Source: an uncultured Actinomycetes bacterium | GTDB taxonomy: Bacteria > Actinomycetota > Thermoleophilia > Gaiellales > Gaiellaceae | Direction of reading: 5' to 3' | DNA length: 64,000 bases | Assembly (NCBI GenBank): GCA_963724675.1 | Contig: CAVRVP010000002.1 | Coordinates: 340,776 to 404,775, forward strand | Shown: positions 1 to 10,292 of the stretch, piece after piece | Layout of the letters: every line of letters starts with the position of its first letter | Position numbering within the stretch: position 1 is the first letter of the stretch | Program-made: the position numbers and the translations under genes | Notes under the pieces: generated by a model | Database searches by the model: none | Seen by the model: the letters and a program-made list of their open reading frames with translations, nothing else | Told to the model about the DNA's origin: nothing

Positions 1-1527
1 CAGGTCGAGCCCCTCGCGAAGGAGGTTGACGCCGACGAGCACGTCGTAGTCACCGAGCCGTAGCTCGCGGATGATCGAGATCCGCTCGAGCGTGTCGATC
101 TCCGAGTGGAGGTAGCGCGCCCGCACGCCGGCCTCGAGCAGGTAGTCGGTCAGGTCCTCCGCCATCTTCTTCGTCAGCGTCGTGACGAGGACGCGCTCGC
201 CGGCGTCCTCGCGGCGGCGGATCTCGTTGAGCAGGTCGTCGATCTGGTTCTGCGTCGGCCGCAGCTCGACGTCGGGATCGACGACGAACGTCGGCCGGAT
301 CAGCTGCTCGGCCACGACCGCCGACTGCCGGAGCTCGTACGGCCCGGGCGTCGCCGAGACGAAGACGAGCTGCGGCACCTTCTCGAGGAACTCGTCGAAG
401 CGGAGCGGGCGGTTGTCGATCGCCGACGGCAGGCGGAAGCCGTAGTCGACGAGCGTCTGCTTGCGCGAGCGGTCGCCCTCCGACATGCCGCCGATCTGGG
501 GGATCGTCTGGTGCGACTCGTCGACGAAGCAGACGAAGTCGCCGCCGAAGTAGTCGATCAGCGTGAACGGGTGCGTCCCCTCCTCGCGTCCCTCGAGATG
601 CCGCGAGTAGTTCTCGATCCCCGAGCAGAACCCGAGCTCCTTCAGCATCTCCAGGTCGTAGTCCGTCCGCTGCTTCAGGCGGTGCGCCTCGAGCATCTTT
701 CCCTGCTCCTCGAACAGCCCGACCTGCTCGGCGAGCTCGGCGCGAATGTCGTCGACGGCGCGCTCGATCGAGGGCGTCGACGTGACGTACTCCGTCGCCG
801 GCCAGATGACGAGGTTGTCGAGCGGCCCGTACACCTCGCCGGTGAGCGGATCGAAGTGCGTGATCGACTCGATGTCGTCGCCGAAGAACGACACGCGGTA
901 GGCCGTCTCCGCGTTGGCCGGCTGCACCTCGAGCACGTCTCCTCGCACGCGGAAGCGGCCGCGCCCGAGCACGGAGTCGTTGCGCACGTACTGGCTCGCG
1001 ATCAGCTTGCGGAGCGCATCGTCGCGCTCGTGCGTCTCCCCCGCCTCGAGGATGAGCACGCGGTCGCGCCACTCCTCCGGCGAGCCGATGCCGTAGATGC
1101 ACGAGACGGAGGCGACGATGACGACGTCCTTCCGCGTCATGAGCGCGGACGTCGCGGCGAGCCGGAGGCGCGAGATGTCCTCGTTCTGGGACGAGTCCTT
1201 CTCGATGTAGAGGTCGGCCTGGGGCACGTACGCCTCGGGCTGGTAGTAGTCGTAGTACGAGACGAAGTACTCGACCGCGTTGTCGGGGAAGAACTCGCGG
1301 AACTCGTTGCAGAGCTGCGCGGCGAGCGTCTTGTTGTGCGCGATCACGAGCGCCGGCTTGCCGACCTTCTCGATCGTCCACGCCATCGTCGCCGTCTTCC
1401 CCGTGCCCGTCGCGCCGAGCAGCGTCTGGAAGCGGTTGCCCGCGTCGATGCTCTCCGCGAGCAGGTCGATCGCCTGAGGCTGATCGCCCGTCGGGAGGTA
1501 CAGGTCAGACGTCTGGAACTCGGCCAC
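1..1527 (-). CDS. uvrB: Excinuclease ABC subunit B (UvrB), first 509 codons; C-terminus lies left of the window
   Basis: Absent from the ORF track because the frame is open to the window edge. Hand translation of the minus strand from GTG 1525-1527 gives [37 protein letters not shown] (Walker A)..[28 protein letters not shown], collinear with UvrB. Confidence 0.9.
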   Translation of the reverse strand, partial: MAEFQTSDLYLPTGDQPQAIDLLAESIDAGNRFQTLLGATGTGKTATMAWTIEKVGKPALVIAHNKTLAAQLCNEFREFFPDNAVEYFVSYYDYYQPEAYVPQADLYIEKDSSQNEDISRLRLAATSALMTRKDVVIVASVSCIYGIGSPEEWRDRVLILEAGETHERDDALRKLIASQYVRNDSVLGRGRFRVRGDVLEVQPANAETAYRVSFFGDDIESITHFDPLTGEVYGPLDNLVIWPATEYVTSTPSIERAVDDIRAELAEQVGLFEEQGKMLEAHRLKQRTDYDLEMLKELGFCSGIENYSRHLEGREEGTHPFTLIDYFGGDFVCFVDESHQTIPQIGGMSEGDRSRKQTLVDYGFRLPSAIDNRPLRFDEFLEKVPQLVFVSATPGPYELRQSAVVAEQLIRPTFVVDPDVELRPTQNQIDDLLNEIRRREDAGERVLVTTLTKKMAEDLTDYLLEAGVRARYLHSEIDTLERISIIRELRLGDYDVLVGVNLLREGLDL

Positions 1528-1544
1528 GCGCGAAGCGTAGCCGT

Positions 1545-2757
1545 CTACCCCTCCAGCGCCGGCACGGGCTCCCGGAGATGTCGCGCGATGACGGCGACGA
1601 ACATCAGGGAGGCCGCCGTGAAGCCTGCGGCGACGGCGTAGAAGACGGCAGACGTCCCGATCTGCTCGATCACCTGGCCGGCGACGAGGAAGCCCAACGG
1701 GGCCGCGATCGTGTTGACCGCGATGATGGCGGTCATCGCCTTCGGCCGGATCTCCGGTGTCATGCGAGCCGTGAGGACGCCCATGATCGGGCCGTTGACG
1801 AACGGCGTGAAGAACATCGCCGTGAACAGCGCCGCGGTGAACGCCCAGGTGGGAAGATCCATGCCGAGGAGCCACAACGGCAGCGTCACGCCGAGGATCG
1901 CCATGGCGGCGAGCCGCAACGGCTGCACGTGCCGCATGATGCCGACGGCGAGGACGGTGCCGATCAACGCGCCTGCTCCGAGGGCGCTGTAGAAGAGCCC
2001 CGCAACGCGCGGGCTGTCGAAGTCGAGGTACGCGTGCACCGGCAACGCTGCCGACAGCGCCGAGCCGAAGAATCCGAAGACGACGAGCGTCACGACGAGC
2101 GAGCCGATGAACGGGTCGCGCATCACGTAGCGGATCCCGTCGAGCACGCCTCCTTGCGCGCGCTCGCCGAGCGGCTTCGGACGCGGGACGAAGATGAACA
2201 CGAGTAGGAAGGCGACGAGATACGTACCGGCGTCGATGTAGAGGACGTTGGATGCGCCGATCAGGGGAATGAGAATCCCGGCGAGCGCCGGCCCGATCAG
2301 CGAGGCGGCTGCCGTGCCGCCCTCGATGAGCGAGTTCGCCTGCGACATGAGCGTGACGTCCTCGCCGACGAGCTCGGGCAGGATCACGCGCTGTGACGCG
2401 GCGTACGGCGGCATGAACGCACCGAGCGCCGCCACGATCGCCAGGAGAAGGCCGAACGACAGCATGCCCGGCGCTGTAGAGAATCGGGAGCGATGCGATG
2501 AGCGGCGCACGCGCGAGGTCGGCCGTGAGCATCGTCGTCCGCGACCCGAAGCGCTGGACGAACGACCCGCTCGGAATGCCGAGGATCGCCATCGGGAGGA
2601 TCTGGACGGCGAGGACGACGCTCATCTTCGCCGCCGAGCCCGTCGTGACGAGCACGAACCACGGCAGCGCGAGGTACGTCATGCGCGAGCCGAGCGTCGA
2701 GATCAGCTCGGCGGCGACGAGCGCGCCGACAGCCGTCTTGTTCACGCCGCTGTTCAT
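1545..2757 (-). CDS. MFS transporter, reading frame broken once near 2468
   Basis: The C-terminal 321 aa is track ORF 1545..2510. The N-terminus ([40 protein letters not shown]...LYSAG) is in another frame starting at ATG 2755-2757. It is collinear with the intact paralogue at 12153..13382, and one extra base at ...gccggg[c]atgctg... explains the shift. Confidence 0.8.
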
Positions 2758-2768
2758 GTCGATAATAT

Positions 2769-2786
2769 AAAACGTCCGTACGTTTT
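2769..2786. promoter_or_regulatory. Near-perfect 18-bp palindrome, putative TetR operator in the divergent MFS/tetR intergenic region
   Basis: AAAACGTCCGTACGTTTT matches its reverse complement at 16 of 18 positions. It sits in the only AT-rich 43 bp between ATG 2757(-) and ATG 2801(+). It is flanked by -10-like TATATT (minus strand) and TAAAGT (plus strand), each about 6 nt from its ATG. Confidence 0.5.
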
Positions 2787-2800
2787 TGTAAAGTACGACT

Positions 2801-3352
2801 ATGCCGAAGGTCACGGAAGCGCACAAGGAGCTTCGCCGGGAGCAGATCCTCGAAGGCGCACGCCGCTGCTTCGCGCGCCACGGATACGAGGGAGCGACGG
2901 TCGCCCGTCTCGAGGACGAGATCGGCCTGTCGCGCGGCGCGATCTTCAGCTACTACGCGAGCAAGGACGAGCTCTTCGTCGAGATCGCGCTCGAGACATC
3001 GCGGCGCCTCACGGACATCTGGCTGAACGAGGGCTTCCGCGCCGTGCTGGACGCGATTGCCGACGAGGATCCGGACTGGCTCTCCGTCCAGTTCGAGGCG
3101 ACGCGCCGGGTGCGCACGGACGAGGGCTTCCGGCAGCTGATCGAGAAGCGCGAGGAGGAGCTCAAGAAGACGATGGACGAGCGGCTGAAGCGACTCCGCC
3201 CCCACGTCCGCGGTGACGTGCCGATTGTCGGGTGCGCGATGTTCCTCGGCCTCGTCGCGAACGGCCTCGCGCTGCGGCAGTCGATGGGCGATCCGCTTCC
3301 CGACCTCGACGTCGTCGCGCAGCTCGTCGACGAAGGCGTCGCCCCCCGCTAG
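2801..3352 (+). CDS. TetR/AcrR family transcriptional regulator
   Basis: Track ORF of 183 aa. The N-terminal HTH reads [44 protein letters not shown]. It is divergent from an MFS gene. Confidence 0.9.
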   Translation: MPKVTEAHKELRREQILEGARRCFARHGYEGATVARLEDEIGLSRGAIFSYYASKDELFVEIALETSRRLTDIWLNEGFRAVLDAIADEDPDWLSVQFEATRRVRTDEGFRQLIEKREEELKKTMDERLKRLRPHVRGDVPIVGCAMFLGLVANGLALRQSMGDPLPDLDVVAQLVDEGVAPR

Positions 3353-6300
3353 CCGCCGATCCCGTACCGCTCGCGCTCGTCCGCGGTCAGCGTGCGGCCG
3401 CTCAGCATCAGTTGAGTCTTGGCCAACGCGAGCATGGAATCGAGATCGCCGCAGACGACGCACTCTGCCCTTCGGACCGTGCCATCGGTCGACGCCGACA
3501 GGACGAATCTGCTCGTCGGATCGAAGACGGCGCTCGTGAGAAGCGGCTTGTGGCCACCGAAGCCGTAGGGAAGGATCGGCTCCCGCACGCCGGGCTTCCA
3601 GAGCAGGACGGTGGCTGGGCCTGCAGTCACGATCCAGCGTCCGTCGGGGCTGAAGGACGCATCGGCGACGCTGCCGAAGTGCGCGCGCAGCACTTGCATC
3701 AGGTCACCGGTCTCCGCATTCCACAGTCGGCCGTCGTGGTCTCGGCTTGCAGTTACGAGGAGACGCCCATCCGGGCTGTAGGCGACAGACGTCACGCCGT
3801 CGCGGTGCCCCTTCAGCGCCCGGAGCAACTTTCCGGTCTTCGCGTCCCAGATCCTGGCTGACTTGTCCTTCGACGATGTTGCGATGCGCAGTCCATCCGG
3901 GCTGAAGGCCACATCGGTGATCGGCGCGGTATGGCCGCGCAACCCGCGAAGCGGTCGTCCGTCGGCGGACCAGATCCGCGCGATCCCGTCGCTCCCGCCG
4001 CCGGCAATCGCGGAACCATCGGGCGAGACGGCGACAGCCGCTGCTCCAGGCAAGCCGATCTCGCGCTGCGATCCCCCTCGCCGGATGACCGTGACGCCGC
4101 CGGCGGCGGCGGCGGCAACTGTCCGTCCGTCGGCGCTGGAGGCAACTGCCTTGACCGGTCCCCGAAAGGCGATGGATCGAAGGAACCGGCCATCCGCCGT
4201 GTGCCACCTCAACCGATTGCCGGCGGCTACGACGATGCTCTGGCCGGACGGCAGGTACTCGGCTTCAGCAACGGGCACGCGGGTGCGAACGACAACCTCG
4301 AGCTGCGGTTGCGTCCGCGGATCCCACAGGCGAGCCGTACCGTCGTTGCTCCCCGTCAGCACCGCGGAGCCATCGGGGCTAAACGCGACGCTGCGAATCG
4401 AGTCCTCGTGGCCGTCGAGCCATGCCCGTGCGTCGCCGTTGTCCGCTTTCGAGACGCGGGCGGTGCGATCGTCGCTGCCGGTGACGACGAAGTTCCCATC
4501 CGGGCTGAAAGCGACGGCGCGGACGATGCCCGCGTGACCGACGAGAGACGCGACAAGCGCCCCGGTGCTCACATCCCAGATGCGGCCGGTGCCGTCGGCA
4601 CTGGCGGTCGCCACGCGTGATCCACCCGGGCTAAAGGCGGCATCGAGCACGCTCCCACGGTGACCCTTGAGCTCGTGGAGCAGCGCGCCGTCTCGCAACC
4701 GCCAGATGCGCGCAGTGTCGTTCACACCCGTCGTGACCAACAACCGCGGCCCGTTGCTGAACGCCGCGCTCGTCACGATGTCACCCTGGTCGAACGTCGC
4801 AACGAGACGTCCGTCGACAGCGTCGTACATCCGTGCGCGACGCGGTCGTTGCTCACGACGACGAGACGGCTCCCGTCCGGGTTGAAGGAGACACGCGTTA
4901 CCGGCTTGTCCGAGCGAAGAGTCGCCACTTCGGTGCCATCGACTCTCCAGAGCGTGACGCTGCGCCCTCCGGCCGTCGCCACTCTCACGCCTGGCGGGTC
5001 AATCGCTGCGGCACGGATCGGCGGCCCGTGCCGAAACGTGCGAAGGGGCGTCCCTCTCGTCCACCGACCACAGACGCGCGATGCCATCCGCACCTGCGGT
5101 CAAGACAGAGTGGCTCGATCCGTCGAACGCGGCATCCGCCAGGCGCGCGCCGTGATCGAGCTCGCTCCGGAGCCGGTGCGTCGCAGCGTCGTAGATCCGC
5201 GCGCTGCCGTCCGCGCTCGCGACGACCACGAGCTTGCCGTCGGGAGCTGAATCGTGCGGCCGACACGGCGCCACCCGCGGGAAGGACCGCGCGGCGGCGA
5301 TCGGCGAGGTACGCGCCTCGCAGCGTCGCTTCGGTCTCTTCAGTCGGATCGAGCCGCGCCGCCTCGGCGGCCAAGCTGAGGCTGAGTGACGGATCGCTCG
5401 CCAGGGCAGACACCGCCGATGCCGTGAGCTGCCGCGCTTGTGCTTGGCGAGCCTGCGTCTGCGCTTCGCTGCGCTGGCTGAAGGCGAATGCCGTTACCCC
5501 CGCCATCGCTGCGAGCAGGACGCTGCCCACGACGATCACCCCGAGCAGTCGCCGGTGACGCCGGTGAGACGCCTGCCTCTCGTGCTCGACCTCTCGCTCC
5601 GCTTCGTGGCCGTTTCGCCACGCGAGCACGGCCGTTCCGAGCACGTCGTGGTAGATCTCATACCGGGGCGCACCCCCATTCGGCGCTACGGGCCGGAGGA
5701 TGCGCTCGCGCACGAGCCGAGCCAAGACCGGCTGAAGCTCATCGCCATCTACTTCCGCATACCGCGCGAGATCCGGCTCTGCGTGCGCGATCTTCGTTCC
5801 CGACGGCGTAACGAGCTGATTGAAGATCGACGAGGCGAGGTCGCGCTGGTCGGGCGTCAGCGTCGCGAGCGCACGGTCGAGATGTGTGCGGACGATCTGC
5901 TCGGCGCCCCCTAGCTCGTCGAGCGTGGCTCGCCGAAGCGTGCGAGAGCCGGCCTCGTGCTCAGCGTCCCACAGGCGTTCCATGACAAGCTGAAGAAACG
6001 GCGTCTCTATTCGCGCGCGTGTCTCTGTATCGGCATAGGCGACAGCGCCTTGCCCGCTGTCGCCGAGCGCCACCTTGCCCGCCGCCACCTGGTCGAGCAC
6101 GGCCTCGACGAGCGCTGGCTCGATGGCGACAGGCGGGCCCTCGCCGTCGAGCTCGTTGTATCGCGTGACGGGTCCCACGATCGCCTCGCGGGCGGCATCG
6201 CGGTCGAGATGCTCGAGGCGCAAGTAGTTCGCGAAGAGGCCGGGGATAGTGGCCTTGAACCGGTCGATCTTCGCCAGGGCATCTTCCCGAAGCGCCATGA

Positions 6301-6775
6301 GGAAGCTCGCGCGAAGGCTCGCGCGCCGGATCGCCTCGGGAAACTCCTCGGCAAACGTCCCGGCTCCTTCCTCGTCTTCGTGGTAGAGGAAGTACTCCTC
6401 GAAGCCGTCGAGCACGACAAAGACGTCTCCTCCGAGCCGCGCCGAGCCTGCCTCCAGCATGTCTGCCAGCGTTCCGGCCACGTCAACACCAGTGGCTTCC
6501 GACACGGCGGCGCTCAAGCCCGCTACCGGATCGTCCTTCCAGTTGTCGAAGACGACAACTGCGTGGGCGCCGGCCTTTCGCCGCATCTCGTGAGCCACGC
6601 CCGCACGGAGGACCGAGCTCTTCCCGACACCCGTCTCGCCGTAGAGGACCGTGAGTCGCGACGCCATGAGGTTGGCGCAGATGACTTCCGTCTCGCGCTC
6701 GCGGCCGAAGAAGAACCCCACGTCACGCTCGGAGTCATCGAACGGCGCCAGACCCTTGAACGGAGAGGATCTCAT
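3349..6775 (-). CDS. nSTAND-type P-loop NTPase, one TM helix, about 14-15 WD40 blades; frame broken about 3 times (near 5247, 5055, 4832)
   Basis: The ATG at 6775 (Met44 of track ORF 4985..6904) overlaps the upstream stop as ATGA. Motifs: FKGLAPFDDSERDVGFFFGRERE, Walker A GETGVGKSS, Walker B VFVVLDGFEE, TM LLGVIVVGSVLLAAMAGVTAFAF. WD40 repeats (GH..V..vAFSPDG...S.D.TARIWD) continue through track ORFs 4999..5274, 4773..5093 and 3349..4830. Confidence 0.8.
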
Positions 6776-8436
6776 CTCGCCGCCTCGACGAGGCGCTCGA
6801 CCAGCTGCGTCACGTACTCCTCGAGTGGGACGTCGAAGACGTCCACGCCTCGCCGGCGCCAGAGCTCGCGCTCCACCGGCGTCGCTCCGTCCTCGACGGC
6901 CCATGACCGGTACGCGACGGTCTCCCGTCCCCAGATGCGATGGAGGAAGACGCGCAGGCCCCAGTCACGCAGCGGGTAGCCGAGGAACAAGAAGTGGCTG
7001 CGCCGGAGCTTCGCCACGAGGGTCACCGGCACGAGGCTGGCGACGTCGGCTTGCGCGAGGTAGTCGATGTGGTCGTCCTCGGTCACCGCAAAGCTCTCCC
7101 ACCGACGGTCGGGCTGGCGATCGACCTGACCGAGCAGTCGCAGGATGACGGCGCGATCCTCGAGCGGTATGCCCGTGTACGCGTTCGGTACGTCGACGAC
7201 GGTCGCGTCGTCGCCCGAGACATGGAGGAAGCGGCCCTGGTGCCGGCCGCGCGCGATGTACGAGACGACGTCCGTATCCACGCCCGCTGCCGCGAAGGCA
7301 TGCTCGAGCGCGAGATCGAGATTCGTCGTCACGACGAGGGGGCATGGACCGCCGCGACCGGCCATCAGCCGAGCAACATCCGCCAGAGCGCGGTGAACTG
7401 GGCCAGGCTCGAAGTCGCGGTTCAGCAGATCGTGGAGCTCGTCATACAGAGGTCCGACTCCTCTCATCAGCTCGACGTACTCCGAGACGCGAGCGAGGTC
7501 GCGATGTTCAGGGGGTGAACCGAAGGCGTCAGCGAGATACGCGGCGATGTCGTCGAGACCGGGGATTGGCCGCTGCCCGCCGGCGCCCCGGTTGGCGTCT
7601 GCGCCAACGACCGGTACGACACGCCCGGCAAGGATCGCTTCGGCGATCTCCGCGAGGTGGTCCGTCAACGGCGACGTTGACGGCGTAGGCACGAGTACCG
7701 ACTCCTGCCGCAGGATCGACGAGTAGAGCTGCTGAAGCTTCGGGCCGGGATCGATACCGAGCTCGTCCGACAGCGTCTTGCGCGCATCGTGGTAGACATC
7801 GAGTGCCTCCGCCTGACGGCCGGACCGGTACAGGGCGAGCATGAGCTGTGCGCGCGGACGCTCGCGCAAGGGAAACGCCGCGACGAGAGCTTCCAGTTCC
7901 GCGACGAGCGTCGAGCTTTCGCCCAGGTCGAGCTGAGCCTCCACGCGTTCCTCGACTGCGTCGAGTCGAAGCTCCTCGAGCCGGCGGATCTCACCTTGCG
8001 CGAACGTTTCGAACGCGAGATCGGCGAGAGGCGGCCCACGCCACAGGCTCAGCGCCCGATCGAGCAGCTCGGCTCGCTCAGCGGCGTCGGCAGATCGTGC
8101 CGCCGTCACGAGCCGCTCGAAGCGCGCAAGGTCAAGACTCTCGGAGTCGATCTCGAGGACATAGCCCGGGGGCCGCGTGACGATCGCGTCGGCTCCCAGC
8201 AGCTTGCGCAGCTGCGAAACGTGATTCTGGAGCGACGTGGTCGCCGTTCTTGGCGGCTGCTCACCCCAGAGCTGGTCGACGAGCCGCTCGGTGGCTACCA
8301 CCTCTCCGGCGCGCATGAGCAGAAGGCCGAGCAGCGCCCGCTGCTTCTGTCCGCCTAGCGAGATCGAGCCATCCTCGCCAACGACCTCGAGCGGTCCGAG
8401 GATCCGAAAGTCTGGCATCTGAGCGGGTTGTACCAC
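6772..8436 (-). CDS. SARP-family regulator module (OmpR-type winged helix + BTAD) fused to a C-terminal SIR2-like (SIR2_2 type) domain
   Basis: Intact track ORF of 554 aa. wHTH: FRILGPLEVVG..LVDQLWGE..TRPPGYVLEI. BTAD: LWRGPPLADL..RAQLMLALYRSGRQAEALDVYHDARKTL. SIR2-like: GRVVPVVGAD, PLVVTTNLDLALEHAF, SHFLFLGYPLRDWGLRVF. An alternative start is Met7 at 8418. Confidence 0.8.
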   Translation of the reverse strand: MVQPAQMPDFRILGPLEVVGEDGSISLGGQKQRALLGLLLMRAGEVVATERLVDQLWGEQPPRTATTSLQNHVSQLRKLLGADAIVTRPPGYVLEIDSESLDLARFERLVTAARSADAAERAELLDRALSLWRGPPLADLAFETFAQGEIRRLEELRLDAVEERVEAQLDLGESSTLVAELEALVAAFPLRERPRAQLMLALYRSGRQAEALDVYHDARKTLSDELGIDPGPKLQQLYSSILRQESVLVPTPSTSPLTDHLAEIAEAILAGRVVPVVGADANRGAGGQRPIPGLDDIAAYLADAFGSPPEHRDLARVSEYVELMRGVGPLYDELHDLLNRDFEPGPVHRALADVARLMAGRGGPCPLVVTTNLDLALEHAFAAAGVDTDVVSYIARGRHQGRFLHVSGDDATVVDVPNAYTGIPLEDRAVILRLLGQVDRQPDRRWESFAVTEDDHIDYLAQADVASLVPVTLVAKLRRSHFLFLGYPLRDWGLRVFLHRIWGRETVAYRSWAVEDGATPVERELWRRRGVDVFDVPLEEYVTQLVERLVEAAR

Positions 8437-8521
8437 CCCTCACTGCCGCTGCCTAGGTGCCGTTAGCGGCTCATTAGGTCGTCGTGACCGAGCGATTTGG
8501 GCCCCGCCCGACGGTGGGGCC

Positions 8522-9849
8522 ATGCTCAATCTCAACACCCACATCCGTCGCGGTGAGCGCACCCGCACGCTACTTCTCCTCGCAGCACTCAGCCTTGCTG
8601 TCAGTTCCTTCGTCGTCTCGGCGGCCTGCCCCGCCCACCGCTTCGAGCTCTCGTTCGAGGAAGAGGAGGAGCTCGAAGGCAGGGCGCCGACGGTCGTCGA
8701 GCTGACGCCGGGCGTCGAGGCCGCCTTCCCGCGCGAGAGCTACGCGCCGCGCAGCACTGCCGAGCTCCGGTTGTACACGCGCGAGCAAAGCCTGCGGCTC
8801 CAGATCTTCCACTCAGGCCCCGAGGGGACTCGAACGATCGACAACATCACGATGCATGGCGAGCCGATGACGAAGCCGGTCGCGGTCGGCAAGGGCCGCC
8901 GGACAATCCGCGTTCGTATCGGTGCGTGGCCGAGCGGCCTGTACTTCGCCAGGCTCGCGGCCGCCGACGGACGGCTCGGGTTTGCGCCCTTCGTCGTTCA
9001 CCCGAGGCGACTCGGACAGCACCGCATCGCCGTCGTACTGCCGACACGAACGTGGCAGGCGTACAACCTCCGCGACATGGACCGCGACGGCATCGGCGAC
9101 ACCTGGTACGCGAGCTGGAACCACATGACCGTCGACCTCACCCGGCCGTTCTTGAATCGCGGAGTCCCGAACTACTTCCGCCGGTACGACCTCCCCTTCC
9201 TCCACTGGCTCAGTTGGACACATCGCGACGTCGATTACCTGTCGCAGATCCGACCTCGAGTCGGCGCCCAGCGCGGTCAGGGCTCGCGAAGGCCTATGAC
9301 CTGATCATCTTCCCGGGTCATCACGAGTACGTGACGACCCGCGAGTACGACCTCGTCGAGGGCTACCGCGACCTGGGCGGAAACCTCATGTTCCTCTCCG
9401 CGAACAACTTCTTCTGGCGCGTGATCAAGCGCGGCAACATCATCGAGAAGACGAAGCGCTGGCGCGACCTCGGTCGGCCCGAGGCGGCCTTGCTAGGTGT
9501 CCAGTACCGCGGCAACGACAACGGCGGGCACCGGGGTCGGTGGGTGCTGCGCAGCACCCCTTCGTCCCGGTGGATCTTCGCTCGCACCGGTCTCCACGCA
9601 GGCGACCTGTTCGGAAGCGGAAGCATCGAGATCGACCAGATGTCGGAGGCCTCACCTCACGGAACGCAGGTGCTGGCGGAGATCCCGAACCTGTTCGGGC
9701 CGGGCTTCACCGCGCAGATGACGTATTACGAGACCGCCAGCGGAGCGAAGGTCTTCGCGGCCGGCGCATTCACGCTGGCGGGCGCCGTCTACCGCCCGGA
9801 GGTCAAGAAGGTCGTCGAGAACCTCTGGACGAAGCTCTCGACGCCGTGA
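8522..9849 (+). CDS. N,N-dimethylformamidase beta-subunit-like (DUF6605-type) protein with N-terminal signal/TM; frame broken twice (near 9247 and 9277)
   Basis: Joins track ORFs 8522..9304 and 8926..9849 through a short third-frame piece (SDLESAPSAVR). Motifs: WQAYN, LIIFPGHHEYVT, GGNLMFLSANNFFWRV, GVQYRG. Confidence 0.6.
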
Positions 9850-9861
9850 CGTCAAGCCGCG

Positions 9862-10292
9862 CTACGGGGCCTCGACCGGACCGTCGGCGAGGATCGCGAG
9901 CGGGATCTCGCGGTCTGTCTTCTCCTGGTACGCCCGGTAGCCGTCGTAGGTCTCCACGATCCGCGGCCAGAGGCGCGCGCGCTCCTCCGGCGTCGCGCGC
10001 CGCGCGGTCATCTGCCGCGACTCGCCGCGGATCCCACCTCGACGGCCGGATCGGCGAGGAGGTTCTCGAACCACGCGGGGTTGTGCGGTCGGCCGCCGTA
10101 CGAGGCGACGAGGATGATCGCGTCACCCTCTTCGAAGAACGTGAGCGGCACGGTGCGGCGCTTCCCGCTCCTCCTCCCCACCGTCGTCAGCAGGAGGACG
10201 GGCATGCCGGCGATCCGGTTGCCGACCCGCCCTCCGCTCGCGGAGTAGATCCCGCGGTGGAGCGCCGAGAGCGCCTTCACCCTCAGCGACAT
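9862..10292 (-). CDS. Deazaflavin (F420)-dependent nitroreductase family protein (DUF385 type); frame broken near 10030
   Basis: Joins track ORFs 10008..10292 (GMPVLLLTTVGRRSGKRRTVPLTFFEEGDAIILVASYGGRPHNPAWFENL) and 9862..10074 (ARRATPEERARLWPRIVETYDGYRAYQEKTDREIPLAIL). Confidence 0.65.

Noticed and set aside
50-1641. Long track ORFs 50..1381(-) 443 aa and 106..1641(+) 511 aa covering the left end
   Set aside because: Both are Arg/Ala/Asp/Leu-rich shadow frames of the real uvrB frame. That frame is missing from the track only because it is open to the window edge. Neither ORF has recognisable motifs.
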